Source: Gnetum montanum | Taxonomy: Eukaryota; Plantae; Gnetophyta | Direction of reading: 5' to 3' | Assembly: GCA_015680685.1 (NCBI GenBank) | Contig: MNCI01001083.1 | Location: 653,158-717,157, forward strand | DNA length: 64,000 nt | In this document: positions 22,537-31,600 of the stretch, piece after piece | Layout of the letters: each line of letters begins with the position of its first letter | How positions within the stretch are numbered: position 1 is the first letter of the stretch | Notes under the pieces: model-generated | Seen by the model: only the letters and a program-made list of their open reading frames with translations | Databases searched by the model: none | What the model was told of the DNA's origin: nothing | Program-made: the position numbers and the translations under genes

Positions 22537-23575
22537 TGATGAGACGCGGTTTACACTAGGCCACGATATCGCGTCTTCTCCTGCGATATCGCGTACGCGA
22601 TATCGCGTCGCGCCGCAATTTCTATAAATAAGAGGCGGCACTCCCCTTTTTCCCCAATCCTGGCTAGTGTAGCGAAGCTCTGGCAGATTGATCACTCCAG
22701 AGTTAGAATTTTTCCCCATGTGCCCGCAGTAGGAGTCCTAGAGTGAACGGCTCTTTATTCGAGCAGCTTGTAACCTGAACCCAAGTTGTGTACGGCAATA
22801 AAGACGAACTTGTTTGGATAAACCTTGCAGCACGTGGTTTCATTTATTGCTTTATTTCCTGCTTTCCTAGTGCGTTCAAGTACGACTTGATTACGAGCGT
22901 CTACGGACGTGTACGGCTAGTCAAGGAATCGGCTGCTTGACGCAATGCATGAGTACGACTCAATTACGAGCATTGGATGCTTGGTAACCCAGTAGCGTAT
23001 TCCAGGATTCTGCGCTTGGTAACTCCCGGGTCTAATGTGTACGGCTAGTTGAGGAATCGGCTGCTCATTGCTAGGCTAGATCGTGTGATAAGTACGACTT
23101 AGTTACGAGCACCCACGGGTGTGTACGGCTGGCTAAGGAATCGGCTGCTTATCACACGTAGGCTAAATAGGTGCCTCAGTACGACCACTTCGAGCACTTG
23201 CGTTACGTGTGGCGATCCCAGTAACGATTAGCGTTTGGTAAGCTGCAGTTGCATAGTTCAGGGTGTGTCCGGTAAGTGGGAACGGATGCTGACGCTAGTT
23301 AATTTAGACTTAGATCTTAGTTAGAGTTAGTTTAGTTTTCTCAACCCTTTCTCCTGGTAGCATAGAAGATAAGCCAAAAATACCAAAAAAATCACATACC
23401 TCAGACTTGCTTAACCATACACCGTGACACATACAAGCAAGCCTGGGAAGACAACGAACGATTAACCCCAAGTGTTTCTTGTGGCGTTAATGCATTTAGT
23501 CTGCGGAGTTCGACCGGATCGCGCGTGTACGCTCGTTTCGTATGGTGGAGTGTAGGGGTACCTCGCCACTCATCA
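22537..23575 (+). mobile_element. Young Athila-like solo LTR (1039 bp)
   Basis: TGATGAG...CTCATCA ends, perfect TSD GATAT, homology to the LTRs of elements 1 and 2, CpG still abundant, TATA box CTATAAATA near 22622. Confidence 0.95.
22871..23297 (+). ncRNA. Four tandem structured-RNA modules with covarying helices in LTR R/U5 (putative cis-acting RNA)
   Basis: Units at about 22871-22944, 22947-23071, 23082-23158 and 23168-23297 share AGTACGA-[P2]-CGAGC-[P3]..GTGTACGGC-[P2']-GAATCGGCTGCT, with different but complementary stems. Confidence 0.7.
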
Positions 23576-24720
23576 GATATGATATTTGAAATCCTAGAAC
23601 TTCAAATCATGGGAAAGAAAGAATGGTCAAGGTTCCAAAGAAGCAACATTGCTTTGGTAGTGATACTAAAAATCTAGTTATTAGAAAGATATGTATGTAT
23701 GGTTAACACATTTAATTGCCAAATCAACATGTCTAGATGTCAAATTATGTCAAAAAGCATACTTGATTAAGTAAATAGAGGAAATTTTGAAGAATAAGTT
23801 ATTCCTAAGAAATGCTGATATAGTGTCAATTATTCTTTGTGAAGACTTCAATGCGAAAGTTTGAAGTAGTGTTTATCAATTCTTAAAATATGGATGTGTA
23901 AAAGAATTCTTGGAAGATGAACCTAATTTGAAGAAGATGTTTCCATCAATTCAACATGCAATTCCATTAGCCAGTGCATATTCTACTTACTTTGAATCTT
24001 CAATAGACAAATTAGATCCCAAAATTCGAGAACAAATGATGTTGATGGATAGTACTCATCAAGAACCATAGTTCAGTAATTACTCTACTATGATTAATGA
24101 GGATGGATTAACAACATTCTTCATTAAGACCATAGATTATATTTGGTATGATTATTCCATGTTACCAAGTTACTAGAGCTAATTTTTAAAGAAGAAGTTG
24201 AGAAGAAGAAAGATCAAGCCCTTCTATCCCAAACAAGACGATCTAATCATTTACCACTTATGGTAGAACTACAACTACTTCCATAAATTCATAAGGTTGA
24301 TCAAGATTAGGAAGTATCTTAACCTTACTTTTATTTATGATTTTCATAATTTTCTATATTTTTTAATTTATATTTTAATTAGATAAATAAAATATCTATG
24401 GTAATGTAAGTTGGGAATAAGAATTTACCCTACCTTCACTTGGATAACCAGATATGATTTGCACCTTTTGTGATCTTGGTTAGGATTGGTGATTGGTGGT
24501 TGGTAGATTTTTATTTCAACTCTTATCATTATCTTAGAAGATCATGTAAGTATTGATGAAATAATATTTAATACTTATATAAATTCTTCTCACATATATC
24601 TTGTTTGGAAAATAAGTAAGAAACAATTTCAAGTTCAAAGAAGAAATTAAATTATTAGATCATAGAATCATAAAAGAAGCATTGGAGTTGGAAAAAGAGA
24701 GTGAACAGGCGGGTGTAGAT

Positions 24721-25306
24721 TGTAATGTTCTCATTTTCATATGGTGCTACTTCATAATGAAGATGGTGCCCCTTCATAATAAGTATATCATTATTATAAT
24801 TATACTTGAAAGAAGAGTTGTAATTAAGACTTGAAAGGGAATGTTGTAATAATGGACATGTCTCTTGTGGTAACCTTTGTGGGTTTGACCTAAGGTAGGT
24901 ATACCTAGGCATTAGAGGTCGTATTAGCATGGAGTTGTGGAGCTGGTAAAGGCAAGTAATAGGTGTTGAGTGAAGCAAGACAAGAAGAGGACTAGCCATC
25001 CCTTCTGACTAGTGAAAGGCCTAACCATGGTGGCAATATCATGGTGGCAATATTGGATTGCTTCTAAGCGATAGATGTTGAAGGAAGAAAATTTCAAGGA
25101 ACACTTTTAGAGCATTATCCAACTACACTATTCCACATTAATAAAGCATTCTTTCCTCTTTTCTTCTACATTTTCCCTATTGTTTTCTTTACACTTAATG
25201 TCGAATGTTACATATATTTGATATTTGCTATGTTATCATCTTATGTCTAATGTCTAAATAACATATATTTGACGTTTACCATGATATTTAGAAATAGGAT
25301 GTCACA
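24721..25306 (+). repeat. 3' LTR of the cargo element
   Basis: Colinear with 11514-12072; preceded by a purine-rich tract. Confidence 0.85.
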
Positions 25307-26460
25307 ACTTTTCTCTATTGTCGATCCTTTCTCTAATGTTACCTTGACCACCTTCAAAACTTCTTGCTATATCTTCATGGAACACATGTTAAAAGGATTA
25401 GAAAAGCTTCATAGTAAAGAAATCTACTTAGAAGTTCATTGAAACATGATTGGAGGATGGAGCCTAAGCTATAAAACACATTGTTAGTACCACTAAAATG
25501 TTGATCCACATTGACATTAACTTATAATTAATCATAAAATGTATAAATTACTCATAGATGTTGGGCTTGATCTTAATAGTGGTATTTCTAGCATTTAAAA
25601 TTAGAATAACTATAATGTTGATACTATCTTAAATGAGTTCTCATGTAAGATAAAACCAATTGTTGGATTAGAAATCCTTATGCATGTCCAAACCAAATAT
25701 TGGGTTATATTAGGGCTAGTAGTATTAACTCCATAGCTACCCTAAGGTCCTGGCTTCTTATACCACCCTAAACAAGATATGATATTGATTAAACACCAAT
25801 CTCCAAGAGAATGTGGTTAGCCTACAAACCCAAAAAAATGCTTGACCATTGGCAATAAGTCATATATCAATGGATTGCAAAAAATTATATTAGTTTATGT
25901 TATCTTAAATGATTGTTCAAGCATTTTGACATGTCAAACAAACCCATCCATGTTTGACATGTCCACTAGTTACTACCATTTGAACACATCATATCCATCT
26001 AATGTTGAGATAACTATGTCACTTCAAAAAATATGCCAAAGTCACATTGCAGTTTTTGTCATAACCTCTAGATTTGTCATAACCTAGGTTGTGATGTTTG
26101 AAAATGTTGTTGTTGCTACCATCATCAAGAGATGATGATTTAGTAGAAAGATGATGTTGAGGTGAGAAAGGAAAAAAAAAAATTTGATGAATTACAAATT
26201 AAATAGTAGAAGTTGGAGTTAGATCAACAAGGAAAACATCATGAAAAAATGTAGTTGCTTACCAAAATTGATAAAATCAAGAATATTTCTTCTATCTTGA
26301 GAGATCAACTATGGATGAAGCTTCATCAAGTAAGGACAAACTTAGATCTAGAATCACCAAGAGATTTGTCTAGCATAGCCATGAGCAAGAAAATGGAAGA
26401 AGAAGCAATGTACCAATGATGCTAAGAGAGCTATCATTTCCAAGTATTTATAGGTACAAA

Positions 26461-27368
26461 AGGTAGACTTTGGGTAATTCAAAGAATAAGTAATTAATAC
26501 TTTATTTTCTAAAAAGTTGGGTAACATGTATCCACAAAAAGAGTTTAAAGGTTAACCAATGGGTTCTAGCCATCAAGAGAATACTAGAATGAGCCACATG
26601 TCCAAGAATGGATTTCAAGATAAAATAAAACAATAACTAGAATAAATCTCAAAAATTCATTAGCATGTCTCATAACCATATTTTTACTTTATTCTAAAAT
26701 CATAGAATAAAATAAAATATGAAAATATTATAAAAACATAAATAAAATACTAGCAATGAAACACCACCATTCTTCTAGTCTATTCACACAGAAGTAAAAA
26801 AAATTAGTAAAGATAATTACAAAATAAACCCAAATAAAAGATAAAAGATAAAAGAATATACAAAAATATAAAAGTATCAAATGTAAGCAAAGAGTCAAGA
26901 TTTCAAACCTTAAGGTAGACTTTGGGTAATTCAAAGAATAAGTAATTAATTCTTTATTTTCTAAAAAGTTGGGTAACATGTATCCACAAAAAGACTTTAA
27001 AGGTTAACTAATGGGTTCTGGCCACCAAGAGAATACTAGAATGAGCCACATGTCTAAGATTGGATTTCAAGATAAAATAAAAGAATAACTAGAATAAATC
27101 TCAAAAATGCATTAGCATGTCTCATAACCATATTTTTACTTTATTCTAAAATCATAGAAGAAAATAAAATATGAAAATATTATTAAAACATAAATAAAAT
27201 ACTAGCAATGAAACACCACCATTCTTCTAGTCTATTCACACTTAGAAGTAAAAAAATTTAGTAAATAAAATTACAAAATAAACCCAAATAAAAGATAAAT
27301 GATAAAATAATATACAAAAATATAAAAGTATTACATGTAAGCAAAGAGTCAAGATTTGAAACCTTAAG
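26461..27368. repeat. 452-bp direct tandem duplication within the Tekay-like 3' LTR
   Basis: AGGTAGACTTTGGGTAATTCAAAG starts at 26461 and again at 26913. The units are highly similar, and the sister LTR has a single copy. Confidence 0.9.
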
Positions 27369-27599
27369 ATGAAAAACAATTAAGAGGTCTCAAGTTCAAG
27401 CCTTAATAGCATAAAAGGAGAAGCATTAACATAAATTAGCAAGGTACAATATAATATTAGATAATAAAATATAACATTACAAGAATAATCATGGATAAAA
27501 AAGCCTAGGTTCTAAGTTCTCACCACCAAGGCATTATACACTACCATCTTTAAGGAATCTTTATTGTCAAAGATGAGAAAATGAATGCACCTGATAGCT

Positions 27600-27876
27600 C
27601 ATTCTTCTTATGCTCAAGTACTTCTTGAATCTCTAAATGGTTGTTGATCCATTTTTTTCTTTTATTTGGCATCTAAATGTTAGTAGAAGTTTCATGAGCT
27701 TACATAGATTATTTCTCTAAATTTTTTAGTTACTTTGGACATTAAGCACTTAAATGTCCTAGATCATTACAATAATAACATGCTTTTTCCTTTTATTAAT
27801 AGCCCATTATCAAAAATTGAGAAGTAGATCAACTACTTATTCCTCCTCTCTCTCTCTCTCTCTCTCTCCCATCCCA

Positions 27877-27914
<38 letters not shown>

Positions 27915-28603
27915 AGCCCCCCCCCCCCCCAAACACTTTGCCTTTATCACTTACAACTATGGTTGGGGGTTTGCCCTTACGTTCCTTCTTATGTTTGCCA
28001 ATTTGAATAGTCTTTTCCTCTTGATCTTGTTCTATCCTTAGAGCACATGACCTTTCTTTATTATAATTATTAAAATGTAATGTAGTCAAAAGACATGTTA
28101 TTGAAGATTTTAATCCTTTATGAAACCTTCTTAATTGTGGTTGCTCATCACAAAAAATATGAGGGACATATTCTATTATCTCATTAAACTTAATATCATA
28201 CTCATGCACATACATCTCACCTTATTTTAAATGATAAAAATCATCTTCTTTCTTCTCTTTATAGATATTAATAATGTACTAATTTTCAAATTTTTATTTA
28301 AAAGTATTTAATGGAATTGTTTCAAAATTTTAACCTCCTACTTGCAACAAATTATTCCACCATTTTTTGATTGCCTCCTATAGTTGATAAGTGGATAACC
28401 TTATCCACTACATTAGTGAGTAATCTAACACTCCAAAATCTTTTTTCATTTGTTCAAAAAAACTTACTAGTCATTGAGGGATCATTAGTGTTCTTAAAGG
28501 TTTGAGGACCAAGCTTTCTAAACTCTCCTATTAATCAATTATCATTAGTACCATCATCATGATTTCTATTTCTATTGTTATGATTATTAACACCATTCAA
28601 AAT
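27600..28603 (-). pseudogene. Tekay/Del-like gag (5' part continues at 38530-38676)
   Basis: EFRKLGPQTFKNTNDP, MYVHEYDIKFNEIIEYVPH..RRFHKGLK and zinc knuckle CYYCNDLGHLSA*CPK (~27735-27785). Confidence 0.8.
27846..27930. repeat. (CT)11 microsatellite plus C37-AG-C14 homopolymer
   Basis: Read directly from the sequence. Confidence 0.9.
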
Positions 28604-31600
28604 TGATGAGCGGTGAGGTACCCCTACGCTCAACCATACGAATATGAGTGTTTCACACATGATCTGGTCAAATTCCAAGGACTAAGTGCCTATGCGCATT
28701 TGTGGAACAACAGTGGGTTGATTAATCGTTGTCTTCCCAAACTTACTTGTATGTCATGATTGTATGGTTAAGTAAGCCTGAGGTATATGATTTTTATGGA
28801 TTTGATCTATTTATATGTCCTATGCTAATAAGGAAGGGAGAGAGAAATAACTAAGTACTAATCTAATTTAACTATTCATTAACTAAGTTCTAAGTACTCC
28901 TAACACCATTATTCGTTCCCACTTGTCGTACACATCCTGAACTGGTGCAACATTGTTGGGATTACCAAACACTAATCGTTACTAGGTTACCAAGTGCTAC
29001 ACGCGTGCTCAAAGTGGTCATATTGAGTGTAATTAACTAATATAGTTGTAAGGTGAGAGAGATAATTAATTAACTAAGAAAGCATTAAATAATAATTAAC
29101 ACTAATTAATCTATTCTGTATGCTACAATGTTTATCATAAAGTTCATCTTTATTGCCATACACAAAGTGTGCTCAGGTACACAATGCTCGAATAAAGATC
29201 TGTTTACTCTATGACTCCTACTATGGGCACGCATAAATAATTCTAACTTTGGAGGGAAAAAATGGCAAGAGTTTAGCTAAGGGACTAACTTCTTACTCTT
29301 GAAACCAAGGGCACTGCCTCTTATTTATAGGTAAGGAGATGGGCCACGATATCGGGTATTTGACATCGCATGGTAGATGCGATATCGTGGTTCATCATGT
29401 GAATGAAAACTCATCCACGAGTCCCTTACAAAATATTGGGAAGGTATGAGATTATTAACTGAATGACCATTGATGGTGGAACGGGTTGACTGACTCAACA
29501 TGCCCAGTGAACGGATCAACAATACAATACATGACAGCATTAGTGTTCATGACCAAAAAAGTGAACACTATACATAAATGACATCTAGCCTTATTTGGTA
29601 GCTAGGAGAGAAGAAGGAGAGAGAGAAAAGAAGAAGACTTGTTGCTGTTGATGCCAAGATTGCGCCTTTTGTTGCCCATCCATAACCACGCCAGCAATCT
29701 TACTCCTTTCGCAAGCATTTCAATTCCAATCCATCTTGAGTGTTTTCTCCAAGTCCAGTCCATTGTTGTATGATTGCCATTTACACATACAACATAGTCA
29801 CAAATGAGCAAGGTAGATAACTCACAATGTAGTTGATACATGGTCTCGATGTAAAGTTCATTGGTTGAATTGTGGTTATGGAAGATACTGATTCTGGAGT
29901 TTTAACACTAGAGACTACCTAAGGTGTAGGGGTTAGGAAAAATTAAAAATTTTTGTGCCTGGGCCCCCATGACTAAGAGAAAACCTCTGGTAGCAATAGG
30001 ATGGAAAAAGATAAGGAATAAGAAATATGGAGAAAAAGTAACAATGACAACACGAGGAAAATGGATGCCATCGATGGGGATGAAACAAAAAATTGTTGAT
30101 TACATGAAATGTTTAAGGGAAAGAAGTTAACAAATGCACCAAAAAGGAATGCTAGTGGGTCCTCCCCAAAGCAGGCTCATGCCTATAGTGCCCTAACAGA
30201 TCCACAAACCAAAGAGTTCGTAGGCTCTAGGAATGTCAATTGGAAGCAAGAGTTAAAAACTTACCCATAAGAAATTACCAAGGAAGAACAATGCATCAAC
30301 TAATATACAAGCTAATGATAAAATTAGAAATGAGGTGAGAAATGGAAAAGAAAGATGGAGAGTAGAGAATGGAATGGAAACCCAAGAAAAAGGTTGTGTA
30401 AAGTCGCTTGTGTGTTTCATGGTTAATGTGACCGAGTAGAACTCATTCCAAATCCAAGCTCAACAATCCACATTCAGTGATCTTGCATTGACATAATTGA
30501 CTAACCCATCCTCTTGAAGAAACAAGAATGCCTCTACAAAAAATCACCACCATTCCGAGGAGAGGGGGATGGAGAACTAGGAAGCGAGAAGGGGCTTTAG
30601 TTAGAGGGAACCTTAAGGAATGGGTAACATGTCTTGGCAGTTCCATAACTAGTGCTTGTAGCCCAAGTTCATTATTGTGTTTAAGGGGTGTGCTTTGAAT
30701 TCTCAATATTTGTTTTTTGTGTTTTTCACATGAGAACCACACCATGCAAAGACTTATTTTTATGTACTCAGCTTCTGGTGATTTGATGAATGGTCAGAAT
30801 GGCAGAAAACCCAAGCAAAAAGCATCCAAGCACTCAAAAGAATAGCTAGTACAAATTCATAGAATCCCCTTGAATTCACATCCTTTTCATCCTTTGAGTC
30901 TTTCCTTAGTTTGAGAAATACCCAATCACCAATTCGTTAACAATTTTATTAGAGAAAAGGACTATACAATTCCAAGCCAAGGGAGACCATAGGATTGTAT
31001 GGATGCATGAAAGTTGTGAACTCATTTCCTGTTTAATCAAAAGAACCATATCTTAATTATCAACATCATACTTCAAAGGTAAAATCTAAAGATTAGCAAT
31101 CAATATGATATTATTCATGCCACCATCATGAACACTTATTGGGTGATGAACGAAACAAAATAAAATCACATGAATAAATGGTAAAAATATGAACGATGGT
31201 GCAAAATAAAAAATAAGAAAAATTAAAGAAATGTGCAAAAAAAAATATGTAAAACAAAAAAAAATATGTAAAGAAAAAATGTGTCAAACAAAAACTTAGA
31301 AAGAACTAAGGGTCTTCAATGATTAGCAAGGGTGGCCATCTCTCCCATGATTGAATTGGAAGGAGGAGATCTGAAATAATGAGTAAGGTTGCCCAACTAC
31401 GAAGGTAGCATATGTTCTAGCTGTCCTAAACTCATGAAAACATTTTGTTTGTTGCACATTGACTAACAGTCTCTTATCTAGGCTCTCAAGTTTGTATATG
31501 GTCATGGCTCTTAAAGGAAAATTTGCATAAATAATGTAAGGTCCTTCCCACAATGTTTGAAATTTGGTCCGTTGTGACACGTGTGTGGGGTTCTAGTAGA

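Larger units (their letters stand above)
22091..24286 (+). pseudogene. Intronless CCR4-family (EEP) deadenylase-like ORF, split by a solo LTR
   Basis: KVTADNVL..CPSWALD*HEY*..DVDVLCLQEV..YKGIYK..MDGCIIFYK..SNIALVVIL..VCMVNT(H)L..DVKLCQ..IILCEDFN..HAIPLASAY..EP*FSNY..TIDYIWY..LLELI..SNHLPLMVEL* follows the CCR4 motif order. The frame is continuous across 22537-23575 when one GATAT is removed. Confidence 0.9.
11514..25306 (+). mobile_element. Non-autonomous cargo LTR element (TRIM/LARD-like) carrying a CCR4-like ORF, a 5S-derived segment and an Hsp70 fragment
   Basis: Direct repeats 11514-12072 and 24721-25306 (TGTAATG...GATGTCACA), TSD GCTTT/ACTTT, degenerate Met PBS TTAGTATTAGAGC (12073-12086) and PPT-like GAACAGGCGGGTGTAGAT. 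The flanks rejoin to the uninterrupted sequence at 38930-39040. Confidence 0.85.

Noticed and set aside
22537-22560. TGATGAG LTR termini as a hammerhead ribozyme core (retrozyme)
   Set aside because: These are the ordinary TGATGAG..CTCATCA terminal inverted repeats; I found no CUGANGA plus GAAA core with three flanking stems.
23176-23290. Resemblance to the sarcin-ricin loop (CTCAGTACGA..GGAACGG) and to the plant SRP Alu motif (GCTTGTAACCCA)
   Set aside because: The matches are short, and the AGTA strand is better explained as pairing with TGCT. This is not enough to claim rRNA or 7SL origin without a covariance-model search.
22871-23297. CRISPR-like repeat-spacer array
   Set aside because: The variable parts are self-complementary stems, not unique spacers; unit lengths vary widely, the context is a eukaryotic LTR, and there are no cas genes.
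22091-24286. EEP ORF as a LINE APE endonuclease
   Set aside because: CPSWAL.W, DGC..FY, DVKL.Q, LASAY and EP.FSNY are CCR4-type motifs, and no RT follows.
27817-28041. Proline-rich (extensin/formin-like) ORF
   Set aside because: It is the translation of the poly-C run, antisense to gag.
30108-30270. Antisense ORF in the Athila 3' region (MFKGKKLTNAPK..)
   Set aside because: It is short, and the frame is not maintained in the homologous segments of elements 1 and 4.
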